A stretch of 64,000 nucleotides of DNA, taken from the IMG/VR virus record IMGVR_UViG_3300037488_003551, positions 96,001 to 160,000 of that record. The stretch is one strand, 5' to 3'. A program made the translations under genes and the position numbers. This document shows positions 1 to 10,717 of this stretch, piece by piece; within the stretch, counting starts at the first letter, position 1, and the number at the start of each line of letters is the position of its first letter. Under the pieces are notes generated by a model that ran no database searches, was not told the origin of the DNA, and worked only from the letters and a program-made list of their open reading frames with translations. This DNA comes from a virus.

Positions 1-17
1 CGAATGGTCCTCCTCCA

Positions 18-671
18 GTGTGGGTAGAGCTCCCCGTGGCCTATGTCGCTCCCACGTTTTCAGCGTTTGCTATCGCAACCCAGACTACGCCACTCGAGGT
101 CGGGGACACGATTGCTGCCGCCAGGACGTTTACCTGGACAACGACTACACCCACTAGTCTCGAGGCAAATTCGATAGACCTCGCTGACACAACCCTCGGT
201 CTTTCTATCGCTACGGGTTTAGCAGACGACGGCACGCAAGCCACAGCCTATCCCGCAGCTCCAATTCAAAAGACCTCGGCTCTCTCACACGTTTTTGGGG
301 TACGGGGTTACACGAGCCGCGGGTCTTCGATTATTCGAAGCTACACTGTGTCTTGGTATTGGAGACGCTTTTCGGGCACGAGTGCTTTGACCAGTCTCAA
401 TGAAGTGCAGGTTGAGGCGCTTACAACGAGTGCTTTGGCCAGTGGATTTGCCGGCACCTATGTCCTCGGGGCGAACGATTACAAGTACATCTGTTACGCC
501 GCAGCTCTCGGCACAGCCACATCTTTCGTAGATGCGGGAACAGGTTTTGCTGTTGCGATGAATGCTCCGGACACGGTCTCTCTGACCAATGCTTTTGGAC
601 AAACGACCAACTATAACGTGCATCGGACGACCAACACAATCGTGTCGGCCATTAACATCGTGGTGGCGTAA
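18..671 (+). CDS. Virion structural protein, probably 5'-partial (frame is open from nt 3)
   Basis: Thr/Ala/Ser-rich beta-type protein; stop overlaps the next start (TAATG); heads a structural gene run. Confidence 0.6.
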   Translation: MWVELPVAYVAPTFSAFAIATQTTPLEVGDTIAAARTFTWTTTTPTSLEANSIDLADTTLGLSIATGLADDGTQATAYPAAPIQKTSALSHVFGVRGYTSRGSSIIRSYTVSWYWRRFSGTSALTSLNEVQVEALTTSALASGFAGTYVLGANDYKYICYAAALGTATSFVDAGTGFAVAMNAPDTVSLTNAFGQTTNYNVHRTTNTIVSAINIVVA

Positions 672-3600
672 TGACAGCAATACCCGGAAGCGTTCGTGTA
701 ACAGGTTTTCTCGCTCCCTCGGATTCGGCTGATACCTACGCGGTCACGGATGACACGTACCATCGAGGCGGTTTTCGTCCAGTTGCTGATGCGGCTGCGC
801 GCGATGCGATAACAGAAGGCCGGCGCAAGGTCGGCATGCTCGTTTACTGCATCGCTGAGGACAAGTATTACCAGTGCACGGTTGCGACGACGCCTCCTAC
901 TTGGGCAGAGGCTGCTTTTGGTGGTGATACCCGAGAGGGCGTTTGCGAGTTGGTCACTGCCAATCGTATGGTTCTCCCAGCGGACAACCGCCTTTTCCTA
1001 GAGTCCGATGCTGCAGGCAGCTCTGTAACGCCTATCGGAATGACGATTGACCAGGCCCCCTTTGTTCTTTTGGATGATGAAGGCTGGCAGGTCACGTTTA
1101 AAGTTGGTATGAACGACGATGGTGACCCCGTCCCTGTTTTTGCGGCCTGCTCTACAAGCGAGATGTCCATCGATGATGCGACGTTCATCCAGACGCTTTA
1201 TAGCGCGCAGCTGGGTGATTATCTAACCGTCCGGTATGCGTATGCTGGAGCTCGTCGTGGACGTTTTCTCGTTGTGGGCGGTAAGGGCACGTGGACGGAT
1301 GACCTAGGCGGCGTCCATGTTTTTGGCAGCTCGGGAGCTATTAACGTTGCTACGACCATGTATGTCGATGGCACGGCCGGCGACGACGGCAACGATGGTC
1401 TCGCGTGGCTTACCGCGAAAAAGACCTTCGGCTTTCTCATTGCTGGCGCGACCGATGCCATTTCGCACGAGATCAATGCCGTACTGACCATCAACTTCCG
1501 CAACGACATCCGAGCTCGAGACGCCAACGGGCATCTTGTCCTAAAAGGGTTCTACGGCACAGGACGAATTGATTTTGTCGGCACGCTCACTGCGGTTGAG
1601 ACTTTCACGGCGACCACTTACGAGAATGACCCCGCAGTACGTAGCTCTCGAGTCTGGATTCAGGACGGCACCAAGTCATGGACTCCAGGGCAATGGCGGC
1701 GGCACTTCGTCGGCTTGGCTCCTGGCTCGGCTTCCTACCCTGTTTATGACAACGATGCGACCACACTCAACCTTGCGCTGCACGCGAGTCTCGTAGGAGC
1801 GCCAGCAGGAACGATCTACAAAGCGCCTGAGTTGCTGGAGGAGTTGGAATCCGACCCTGGCGTCAAGTACGACTTCGGCACATTTCCATCGATATATTTT
1901 GGCATAAGGAATTGCGGAGTGCCTGTGGCCATAAGCAACCTCTGGGTTGATGAGGCGATGTCGTCAAACGACGGGCCTGTCTTCAGAGATTGCTATGAAG
2001 TGAACCTGTACCGGGTGGCGTTCACAACGATGTCCACTTCCTACATAACTTCCATCAATCACTTCGGCTGCTACTACAATCTGTCGAACAACAGCTACGT
2101 TCTTGACGGGTACAGCTATTCGAGCTTTTCGAACTGCGCGCTTCATTCCCTGGATGACACTGGCTGGGGCTACAACTCATACGGTCACTCTTCGGCATAT
2201 TTCTACCACTGCATCTTCAGCCGACAACTGTTCGGCGTGTACCTCTCGCACTTCGGTGCTGTTCTATTTCAAGAGGGAGTCTATTTTGAAGACTGCGATC
2301 TCGGTGTCGGGACAGCAGGTGGAGTTGTCGAGCTTGTGCATCCCGGTGGGGTTACGCCGCAGGTGCGGTTTGATACATGCGACAAGGCAATTCAGGGCAC
2401 CGGCTTATTGTTGCGCCTGGACTCGACAGAGGTTGCTGTTTGGGACGTCGGCACGGAGATCGTGTTCGGCACAGATGACGAGGGCACATTCGCGGAGCTG
2501 TCCGCGAAGACGCTCAAAGGTCGCGCGGGTTTGAATGTCATCTATTCCAATGTGGACTTCGACCTCAACGTTCCCAACGAGTATGACAACACGACTTCGG
2601 AGCTCTACGCTGTTAATTATCAGGATGCCATCGACGAGGTTGCAGCTGCAGGCGGTAAAGGAACCTATCTCGCTACGTTCACAGAGACAAACATAGACCT
2701 TGTCGACGATACTGATTTTACGGCAATAGAACTAAGCAGTTTCTGGACTGAGGGTATGGGTTATACGCTCGAGATTACTCCAACGTCCGCCACAGGAAAT
2801 TTGACGGTCATTCTTTATCAGGATGCAGCACGTCTAGTCCCTGTGTACATGTTGATTTCAGATTTGAGTGACGCAGATACTTGGCGTTCTTCTGAGGCTT
2901 TTGGTTTTGAGCTCGAGACAGCGGGCACCCTTTATGGAACAGCTTTTGTTTCAGGGGCAGAGCCCGGTAAGGTTTTTAGTATCAGCCTTTCGACTGTAGT
3001 CGTGCAGCCTGTTGATCCACCAGAGCCTCTCACGGGTCCTTATGGAGACGGCATCGAGGACGATGGTGGCGGCCTGCCCCGCATCGCGTTCCCGAGCGAT
3101 GGTGGGTTTGCTTTTGTGAGCCATAAGCTCGAGCTCAAGCCCGACATCACAGCGGATGTGTACCCGACCCTGACCGCCGCGGGCGTCGCTATTACGGGCG
3201 CGGTCACGACGACCACAGATGAGGACGTGCCGGCCAAGAAGCGATTCACCGCTGTGGGTATGGACTACCTCGCCGCGAACGGTCCTCCGGTAGCTGGGAC
3301 GTACCTGGCAGGGCATGAGGTCCTCGACCTCTCGGGAGTCAAGTGGCGCTGCATTTCAGACGGTACACCGGGCACGTGGGTATTGGTGGACTTCGTTGCG
3401 GATGATGTCGCTGACTATGAGACGGCGCTACTTACTCCAGGAGATTCTGAGGTCGTTGAAATTCTAACGACTGGTGATGTTGGCTATTTTCAGCATATTC
3501 AAATTTGGGGAGTTGTAGCTACAGCAGCTGAGTACTCGAGCGAGTTCCGTGCGCGCATCTATCAAACCTCGAATATTTTAGGGCGGGAGATGGTTTGGCA

Positions 3601-3997
3601 GGGTGTCGGTACCGTGCGTCAATCTTATTTGACGGTACTTCTTCCCGCTGCTACTGCGTCTGCCACCGTAGATAATGAAGATGTTTTTGATACGGATGAA
3701 GCCTGCGTGGTCTTTGAAGATAATACGCGTTACGAATTAGCACGTATAAACAGCAGAAGTACCGCGACGGTTTCTTTTGATGAGGTTTTAGTGGACCCTT
3801 CATCCTGGGCAATCAACACATTAGTTTGTAGCTCTGCTCAGTTTGACATGGTTCCTTTCAGGAATACAGACGGGACTCCGGCGAATCGCCGTCGAGCATT
3901 TTTGCATATTCGAAATGATAGCGCGGGAAATGAAGTGGTATTTTTTATCCGCGTTATGCCTATGAGTACGGGCATTATTGGGGGAGGTTTGGCATGA
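671..3997 (+). CDS. Tail fibre / receptor-binding-like structural protein carrying one 'YVDGT..AKKT' beta-helix-like module
   Basis: 1108 aa; module from MYVDGTAGDDGNDGLAWLTAKKT (~1358) to EYDNTTSELYAVNYQDAIDEVA (~2640), paralogous to modules in 10718-13810. Confidence 0.65.
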   Translation: MTAIPGSVRVTGFLAPSDSADTYAVTDDTYHRGGFRPVADAAARDAITEGRRKVGMLVYCIAEDKYYQCTVATTPPTWAEAAFGGDTREGVCELVTANRMVLPADNRLFLESDAAGSSVTPIGMTIDQAPFVLLDDEGWQVTFKVGMNDDGDPVPVFAACSTSEMSIDDATFIQTLYSAQLGDYLTVRYAYAGARRGRFLVVGGKGTWTDDLGGVHVFGSSGAINVATTMYVDGTAGDDGNDGLAWLTAKKTFGFLIAGATDAISHEINAVLTINFRNDIRARDANGHLVLKGFYGTGRIDFVGTLTAVETFTATTYENDPAVRSSRVWIQDGTKSWTPGQWRRHFVGLAPGSASYPVYDNDATTLNLALHASLVGAPAGTIYKAPELLEELESDPGVKYDFGTFPSIYFGIRNCGVPVAISNLWVDEAMSSNDGPVFRDCYEVNLYRVAFTTMSTSYITSINHFGCYYNLSNNSYVLDGYSYSSFSNCALHSLDDTGWGYNSYGHSSAYFYHCIFSRQLFGVYLSHFGAVLFQEGVYFEDCDLGVGTAGGVVELVHPGGVTPQVRFDTCDKAIQGTGLLLRLDSTEVAVWDVGTEIVFGTDDEGTFAELSAKTLKGRAGLNVIYSNVDFDLNVPNEYDNTTSELYAVNYQDAIDEVAAAGGKGTYLATFTETNIDLVDDTDFTAIELSSFWTEGMGYTLEITPTSATGNLTVILYQDAARLVPVYMLISDLSDADTWRSSEAFGFELETAGTLYGTAFVSGAEPGKVFSISLSTVVVQPVDPPEPLTGPYGDGIEDDGGGLPRIAFPSDGGFAFVSHKLELKPDITADVYPTLTAAGVAITGAVTTTTDEDVPAKKRFTAVGMDYLAANGPPVAGTYLAGHEVLDLSGVKWRCISDGTPGTWVLVDFVADDVADYETALLTPGDSEVVEILTTGDVGYFQHIQIWGVVATAAEYSSEFRARIYQTSNILGREMVWQGVGTVRQSYLTVLLPAATASATVDNEDVFDTDEACVVFEDNTRYELARINSRSTATVSFDEVLVDPSSWAINTLVCSSAQFDMVPFRNTDGTPANRRRAFLHIRNDSAGNEVVFFIRVMPMSTGIIGGGLA

Positions 3998-5361
3998 GAG
4001 GGACTTTGGTAGGAACAGGCGAACAAGCTATTCTTAATCTCAAGCCTGCTTTATATTGGGATGCTCGAATGGCTCAACATGCTATTGGTCCTTCCAGGTA
4101 TGGAACTTCCCTAATACCTATAGAAGTCTATGAAACTACGAGCCAGGTTAGCACAGCACAGTGGCTGACGATGCGTGACGATAAGCGCATGGGATTCATG
4201 AAAAATGGCATCGATACAAATGCCGGAAAAGATGAATGCTTAGGTTCTGTCGGAGCTTTCTACGCTTCCACTACGAATTATTTTACAGCTTATACTACTT
4301 CTAAGTATGGCTTTGCGGTTGTTACTCCAACTGACCCTTCACAGCTCACGGAAGATGCTGCTGAATTCCCGGATGTCGTCCGTGACCCCGCTATTGCAAC
4401 GAGTCGTTATCGTATCTTTCTCGATACGTCTATAGATGCAGTAAACGATTGTGTGATGGAGAAATCACAGACTCGTAGTAGTACGTTTGTTCGTACTTTC
4501 CAGGTTCTTGTGCGTAATACAAACGGTTCCACTGACCCAAGTAGTCTCATAGAATTGGGTTGGAATAGTACAGCGGGGACACGGACTACTGTCGCAACTC
4601 AGTTTCGATATCTAGGATTTAATGGGTGGTATGCGGCAAGTATTCTAGTAGAGGCAGGCGGCACAACGGGATATCTTTCAATAAAGGCGACTGCTGATAC
4701 GGCTGTTTGGGAGATAGCTCTTCCACTCTGGTTTACTTCAACGGCGTCAATAGAGCGTATTACTCGTTCAGGTTTTTCGGCTGTGAGCGGTGCACGTTAT
4801 AAGTACGCGGTTAGAACGCCAGCTGACCTCGTTTTAAGGTCTAATGGCTGGCTGGCGATGAGTATCGTTCTCCCTGATAGGTCCGTGAGTAATGGGCATA
4901 CGGATAATCTTGGGAATGCTAACTATAGATTCATGGGTCTATTTGATTTATCGGCTAGTACATGGAGGCTTAGGGCTTCTATGAGTGATACGTATGACCG
5001 AGTAGTTGTTACGCTCGGAGACACAAGCGGGACTAATTTTGCATTCTTAGACGGTCCATCTGATTGGGATGATTTCGCCGGGTTGGGGATTGTTGCAACG
5101 TGGTATACATCGAACGAAAGTACTTTCGCAGCTCTTTATGTCAACGGAGTACGGATGGATTCTATTCAAGATCCATTGACTTGGTACCCACAAATAGGAC
5201 CAGTTGGAAAAATAATAATCGGTAACAGCGCAGAAGATGGCACTTCTGCGGAGACCTTTATTTCGCGGGTAGCTTTCGGGAACAATCGTTTGCACCGGTC
5301 AACAGCTAGGATGCTCTCAAATCATATGTATAAGTTAGCGCGAGGAAAAAATCCAATATGA
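3994..5361 (+). CDS. Structural protein with possible C-terminal LamG/concanavalin-like domain
   Basis: 455 aa; ATGA-coupled to neighbours; C-terminal 'IVATW...ALYVNG...IIIGN' pattern typical of LamG-like folds. Confidence 0.5.
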   Translation: MRGTLVGTGEQAILNLKPALYWDARMAQHAIGPSRYGTSLIPIEVYETTSQVSTAQWLTMRDDKRMGFMKNGIDTNAGKDECLGSVGAFYASTTNYFTAYTTSKYGFAVVTPTDPSQLTEDAAEFPDVVRDPAIATSRYRIFLDTSIDAVNDCVMEKSQTRSSTFVRTFQVLVRNTNGSTDPSSLIELGWNSTAGTRTTVATQFRYLGFNGWYAASILVEAGGTTGYLSIKATADTAVWEIALPLWFTSTASIERITRSGFSAVSGARYKYAVRTPADLVLRSNGWLAMSIVLPDRSVSNGHTDNLGNANYRFMGLFDLSASTWRLRASMSDTYDRVVVTLGDTSGTNFAFLDGPSDWDDFAGLGIVATWYTSNESTFAALYVNGVRMDSIQDPLTWYPQIGPVGKIIIGNSAEDGTSAETFISRVAFGNNRLHRSTARMLSNHMYKLARGKNPI

Positions 5362-8300
5362 AAAAACTTACGTTTGAACAAATGGCCTTTTCGCGTGCGT
5401 CAGACGCTTGGTGTCCAGTTACGGGTAGAGCGTACGGCCCTAATATCCCGCGTGTTCATTCTGAGAGAATTCTTGCCAGCGTTGGAAATGCGAAGATTTA
5501 TAATCGCTTTTCGGAGAGTCAGGGCTTCGTACGTTATAGCGATGAACCCGGATGTTATGATCGTCCTGGAGAGCAGACACACGTATTTACGGAGCAAATT
5601 CTTTACTTAGAATCCTCTCTTTCAGCTATTCCTACGTTTAGCCGTGGACCTTGTGGGGATGGGTTATCACAAGATGGACGCCCTCTCGAGGTTTTTACTG
5701 TTGGAACAACCGGTCCCAGCGCTGAGTGGTTCCTTATTGATACCTTGATTCACGGCAATGAACCCGACGGTATTCTAGGAACGTTTGCGGCATTTGTTAC
5801 GCTTGCATGGCACGAGGATTTTGCCCCGCTACGTGACCAATATAGCCTCGCTCTCATGCCTTGCTGTAATCCAGATGGTTATTATATCGGACAGCGCAAT
5901 CTCAATCTTTTAGGCCCTCATCCGAGTGGTACTCCGACGGGTATTAACTTGAATCGAGTGTGGCCTTGGTTTTGGGATGAGTTTATCCCTACGGACGGGG
6001 AGTCAAAAGGCGATGTACCTATAACTTGCACGTTGGAATCTATTGCTATGGAAGCGTGGCGGGCTCCATTAGGCGTCCCGAAGAAGATAGCGTGGGCACT
6101 CGACCAGCATGCTACAGCCGGCGACGGCGCTCGATACGCTTCAAGAGATAGGTGCTTCCGTAATATCGACGAAGATGAGATGGAAAAGATTTGGGCAGAC
6201 TGGACGTTGCTTCGTCTGCTGCGTTCTATCCAAGCAAAGCGCGTGCACGAAGGTCCTAATCCAGACCTTTGGATTAACTACTTCCGGTCTCGGTGGAGGC
6301 CACATTGGCATTCGTACCTTTCGACACTTTCCAAAAATGGCAACGGAGGAATTCCGTGCTGCTCTTTTGTGGGCGAGCATAATAAGGTCTCTAGTCAGGT
6401 TGTCACGTCTGATTTGGAAACGTATAAGTCCGCATCTGACTTCAATTTCGATCATATCATCGCGCTGGCTCTTGTGGCGCAAGGCGGTATTACCGAGCGT
6501 AAGGCGGCCGTTTTTGTTGAGCACGAGGTTGGAGATAACCAAGTCCTGAACTCTGATTTTGCTCAGTGGAATTCACTTGATGCTGAATATCGTCCCAGTT
6601 GGTGGAGCTTGGGGCGCGCAGACCTTTTAGCATCAGAGCGTGCGGAAAGACACATGGAGGGTAATGGGCGTCCCGCGCGCTTGCAGGTAGATGTTTTAAT
6701 GGAGATTGAGGAACCCAACTACTGCGATAGTGTAGGTGGAAACGACATAGTGCTCGCGCACGGCGTTACAACTTCAGCTGTTATTTGTGCGAGAGCTCCG
6801 GCTGAAATAGGTATAGGAGTCCTCGCTGTCTATTCGTGGAATTTTGAATTAGACCCAGTAAAACTATTTGAAGAATCGTATCTAGCCGACCAACATAAAC
6901 AATGGAGGTTAGGTAAGTCGAGCGTCACTAGTGCCATTTATTTGGTCGGCTTAGGTGAGCGTACGGCTCCGTTGGATGCGGTCTTTACCAAGCACACATT
7001 GAGTGCAGGTGTATGGTCAGAGACAGTTCTCGTTACCCACACCGATTCTTTAGAAGATGCGGGTGCGTGTTTAGACCATGCCAATGGGAATCTCTATATC
7101 TTCGGAGGGCGCGGAAGTGCAACCTCCTCTTTAAAAGTTTATAAAGCAGATTGTACTGCTGAGACTTTTACGGAAGTAGGTACAGATCTCTGGGCTTCTG
7201 GTCGATACGGGATGGGTTCCTGTTTCTGTTCGGGCGGTGATTTGGGCGGGATGATTGTTTTAATAGGTGGAAATAATGATGGAGAGCTTGGTCTAGTTGT
7301 TTCAGTTTTTGACACGAGCGATAATTCTCTTGATTCGTATTTAGTTGACCCAGGGGATTCTGGCCTTGATCCACCGTCTATTATGCATTGTGCATGTGTG
7401 TATAATGGATATGATACGATATGGTTCTATGGCGGGGAATCGATAACGGGAGCGTTAATTTACCCTTCAGCCTATTCTATAACATGGAATGGGACTGGAT
7501 TCGACCCAATAGAGATTCACATGCTTGCGGCAGGTCTTTCGGATGATGGTGACCCTGAAGACTTTGCGGGTGATGAGGACTGGATTCGCCCGTTCCGCTA
7601 TTGGCGAGGGGTACGCGCGCGTGACCCGGATACCGGTCATTACGTGCACATGTTATGGGGAGGACTCGAGCGTCTATCTGATGGGACCGACGAGACCGAC
7701 CTTACCTTTCGCCGTGGCTTCTATACACACTATCTCGACACAGCAGAGATGGGTCGACCTTCGGATTATAACTTTGGTTACCTACGTTATAATACGCATT
7801 TTGATGTGCCAGTAAATGCGAAGATGGCTGTTTCTTGGAGTATGCGAGCTGACACGGTGGATGACGATACGCAGTCTGCAGCTTATGCGCGACTCAATAA
7901 CGCCCCAGGCGATAGTATCCTTGGAATTTTGACGACTCGTCGCGTACGAACATATTACATGCATCCTCCGCAATGGTGGTGGCGTGAGAATGCGAGTATT
8001 GATTGTCAGATGAAGCAGCCTTTGGATACCGAGGATGAATTACGTACGTACATTCGCGGTTATAGACAGGGCCAAGAACTTTTAACAGATGCTCCGATGG
8101 TACAGATGGATACGCTATGGCCGTCTTCTTGGAGTCCATTTGGAGTGACACGAGCTGTTGAGACTGCGACTTGGGCTAATACGTTGGACCCTCGGTGGTG
8201 CAGAGTGCAAATTGATTGGCTTCCGAGTGCACCGTTTATGGCAATGACGAATGACGTCAAGCTCGTGACTATTGGAGGAGACGAGGGTGGTCATATCGAG

Positions 8301-9368
8301 CTGTGGGCTGTAAACCCTGGAGATAATCAGCGAGAATACAATCGTAGGAATGTAGTTGGACCGTCCGAACCCGTTTTCAGGCTAAGACAAATTGTCGGGG
8401 AATCCCTAGAAGAATTAGATATCCCCTGTTATTGGGGTGGACATATCCGAGATATCGCAATAGGTAGGTTTGATTCTCCCATACAGTTTGAGCTGTGGAA
8501 TCATTCGGATTACGGCAGTGGTCTTGTAGTTCGTAATGGTTGGGCCGAAGGATGGATTCGCATTTCTAATAAAACCAACCTCGCGGAGTGGGTTACTCTA
8601 GGTGGAGTAGTTGTTCATGGTGGAGGTTGGTGGGGAGAACCCCAAATGCTCGAGATGGATAGGGTTTGGCGTAATAAATACGTTGAGACTTCTTTTCCGC
8701 AGGGTGCGCTTCACATAGGAGATCGCGATCCGACATCAGGCCAGGTCTCTTCTCGTGGCGTGTTTCGTTATAGCGATACTTTTAATCGGGTAGATGACTT
8801 TAACTTGGGAAACGACTGGCTTGTTATGCATCAGACGGGGAATGGTTGGAATGTTTCTTCTAATAAGGCTCGGTGTGAACAGGTTGGTTGGGAGAGGTGG
8901 ATTGCATATCCATATCTCCGAGATTGTTCAATCCTAGCAGAAGTAGAAGTTCCCAGCGGTGGTAAAGTTGGACTTTTCACTCGTTTGAATTGGACGTTAG
9001 CTTCCGGTACGTATCCCCATGGGTACTGCGGGCATCTTGATTGTACAGGCGCTACGACGGGTAATCTTATCATCACTCGGCACTACGTATTCGGAGAACT
9101 TGAAGAGGGTACAGAGGTGCTAGCTACGCAGGCAGTGACGTATAATGCGGGAACGGAGGTCACGCTCGAGCTTGCAGCTCTGGGGAGTGCTATCACTCTT
9201 ACGATGAGTGGCGCACATACTGGAACGGTAACTGTTTCAGACGTGGACCATATTTTGCCTGGTGCGTTTGGCTTATTCGGAGAATCGTCGGGCGTTGGAG
9301 CGTATGTGTGGGCAAACAATGTGCGCGCGAGCGTACCAGCAGGCATTAAGTTGCGTATTACGGAGTAG
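5358..9368 (+). CDS. Large virion-associated protein: M14-type zinc carboxypeptidase domain, Kelch-like repeats and a C-terminal beta-sandwich
   Basis: M14-like motifs IHGNE (HxxE), PCCNPDG, NLNRVWP, LDQH; Kelch-like LYIFGG, VLIGG, WFYGG, MLWGG. Confidence 0.65.
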   Translation: MKKLTFEQMAFSRASDAWCPVTGRAYGPNIPRVHSERILASVGNAKIYNRFSESQGFVRYSDEPGCYDRPGEQTHVFTEQILYLESSLSAIPTFSRGPCGDGLSQDGRPLEVFTVGTTGPSAEWFLIDTLIHGNEPDGILGTFAAFVTLAWHEDFAPLRDQYSLALMPCCNPDGYYIGQRNLNLLGPHPSGTPTGINLNRVWPWFWDEFIPTDGESKGDVPITCTLESIAMEAWRAPLGVPKKIAWALDQHATAGDGARYASRDRCFRNIDEDEMEKIWADWTLLRLLRSIQAKRVHEGPNPDLWINYFRSRWRPHWHSYLSTLSKNGNGGIPCCSFVGEHNKVSSQVVTSDLETYKSASDFNFDHIIALALVAQGGITERKAAVFVEHEVGDNQVLNSDFAQWNSLDAEYRPSWWSLGRADLLASERAERHMEGNGRPARLQVDVLMEIEEPNYCDSVGGNDIVLAHGVTTSAVICARAPAEIGIGVLAVYSWNFELDPVKLFEESYLADQHKQWRLGKSSVTSAIYLVGLGERTAPLDAVFTKHTLSAGVWSETVLVTHTDSLEDAGACLDHANGNLYIFGGRGSATSSLKVYKADCTAETFTEVGTDLWASGRYGMGSCFCSGGDLGGMIVLIGGNNDGELGLVVSVFDTSDNSLDSYLVDPGDSGLDPPSIMHCACVYNGYDTIWFYGGESITGALIYPSAYSITWNGTGFDPIEIHMLAAGLSDDGDPEDFAGDEDWIRPFRYWRGVRARDPDTGHYVHMLWGGLERLSDGTDETDLTFRRGFYTHYLDTAEMGRPSDYNFGYLRYNTHFDVPVNAKMAVSWSMRADTVDDDTQSAAYARLNNAPGDSILGILTTRRVRTYYMHPPQWWWRENASIDCQMKQPLDTEDELRTYIRGYRQGQELLTDAPMVQMDTLWPSSWSPFGVTRAVETATWANTLDPRWCRVQIDWLPSAPFMAMTNDVKLVTIGGDEGGHIELWAVNPGDNQREYNRRNVVGPSEPVFRLRQIVGESLEELDIPCYWGGHIRDIAIGRFDSPIQFELWNHSDYGSGLVVRNGWAEGWIRISNKTNLAEWVTLGGVVVHGGGWWGEPQMLEMDRVWRNKYVETSFPQGALHIGDRDPTSGQVSSRGVFRYSDTFNRVDDFNLGNDWLVMHQTGNGWNVSSNKARCEQVGWERWIAYPYLRDCSILAEVEVPSGGKVGLFTRLNWTLASGTYPHGYCGHLDCTGATTGNLIITRHYVFGELEEGTEVLATQAVTYNAGTEVTLELAALGSAITLTMSGAHTGTVTVSDVDHILPGAFGLFGESSGVGAYVWANNVRASVPAGIKLRITE

Positions 9369-9371
9369 CTA

Positions 9372-9764
9372 ATGGATGTCTCAAATGCTTTGACCCCTAT
9401 CCGAGGAGACGCGCGTTACGTCAAGAAACTCTTTAATCATGAGGATTTTTTTGATAACACGACAAACATTATTACACTGGGGTCATCCACAGATTTCGAG
9501 CATTTTGAAATCGAGTATGTCCTCCAACTCCCGGTCTCTGGGCGGTCGCATCATGGGATTATTTCTGTGGCGATACTGAGTACGTCTTCAGCTGAAATCG
9601 CTAATCATACCTACGAGTTCCCAGACAGTGAATTGGAAATCGAGACGCTTACTTATTCTGTAAACGTAAACGTTGGTATCGTACAATTGAGAGTATCTGT
9701 TGCAAGTGTCGGGGAGAACCCGACGTTCAACTACCGCATCGCCGCCATTTCGGCCGCGGATTAG
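9372..9764 (+). CDS. Hypothetical structural protein
   Basis: 130-aa beta-rich ORF packed within the structural operon. Confidence 0.55.
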   Translation: MDVSNALTPIRGDARYVKKLFNHEDFFDNTTNIITLGSSTDFEHFEIEYVLQLPVSGRSHHGIISVAILSTSSAEIANHTYEFPDSELEIETLTYSVNVNVGIVQLRVSVASVGENPTFNYRIAAISAAD

Positions 9765-9776
9765 GAGAGACGAAGA

Positions 9777-10589
9777 ATGGCGACCAAAAATTATGGACTG
9801 GTTGGCCTTGGTGGCAATGTAGAGTTGAGCAAGGGTGGAGCTCGAATCAAGAATACAGCCGGCGTGGTCGAGGCGCGCAACAATGCGGACAGCGCATACG
9901 CGGTCGTTCGCGGTGACCATCCTGTCGGCTTGAATGACTTTGTAACTCTCCAGTATCTCAAGACAAAAGGCGATGTTGTCGTTATTGGGCAGATTCACGG
10001 CGGAGCTCCTCCCGCCGCGGGTTCTGCCGGTCGCGTGTACGTGTGCACGACAACGGGTGGCGGTTATACGATCAACCATCTGTATTTCGATAACGGAGTT
10101 TCTTGGGAAGATGTTGGGCCGGCTGAAGGCCAAACGATGGCGGTTACAGATGCTCTGGCAGGCGGAGCTGTCGCGTTTCTTGCGGACACGACTTATATCT
10201 GGAATGCGGATGCTACCGTTTGGGTTAACATCGGCCCATCCACCGTTACGGAATCGAAGCACGTCCTCAAGCGGTCGGCGGATATCGCGTACACCGATAC
10301 GGGTGTCGTGAATATCGGTGCCGCTGTTTCAGGGAATGGGCGTGTGTCAGGGGTTTGGATAAATGTAACGCAAATTTTCAATGGGGTGGCTCCCACGCTC
10401 ACGGTTGGTGACGCAGGAGATGCCGACCGTTTCGTTGCGACAACCGAAGTCGACCTGAAGACCGTGGGTCTGTACAAGATGGACGCCTCCCATTTGTTCA
10501 GCATCTCGACACAGGTTTACGCGACCGTGGTTCCTGACTCGAGTACGACTGGCGCCGCCAATATCACGCTGTACTACGCTGAAGCCTAG
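9777..10589 (+). CDS. Virion structural/decoration-like protein
   Basis: 270 aa, Gly/Ala/Val/Thr-rich, AGGAGA RBS upstream. Confidence 0.55.
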   Translation: MATKNYGLVGLGGNVELSKGGARIKNTAGVVEARNNADSAYAVVRGDHPVGLNDFVTLQYLKTKGDVVVIGQIHGGAPPAAGSAGRVYVCTTTGGGYTINHLYFDNGVSWEDVGPAEGQTMAVTDALAGGAVAFLADTTYIWNADATVWVNIGPSTVTESKHVLKRSADIAYTDTGVVNIGAAVSGNGRVSGVWINVTQIFNGVAPTLTVGDAGDADRFVATTEVDLKTVGLYKMDASHLFSISTQVYATVVPDSSTTGAANITLYYAEA

Positions 10590-10614
10590 AACTCGACCTA
10601 TTATTTCTACGACG

Positions 10615-10685
10615 CTGCTTTGCCTGTAACGGTACTGGTATCGTTAGGAGCTCGCCCGATGCGTGAGTTCCTACAGGTTTGGCAG
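10615..10685 (+). ncRNA. Candidate structured RNA (three-way junction) in the leader of the tail fibre gene
   Basis: Outer stem CTGC/GCAG plus GCCTG/CAGGT enclosing hairpins ACGGTA-ctgg-TATCGT and TAGGAGCTC-11nt-GAGTTCCTA; G-U pairs favour the + strand. Confidence 0.4.
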
Positions 10686-10717
10686 TTTAAAAGTCCGCCG
10701 AAGACAGCAGGTGTAAC

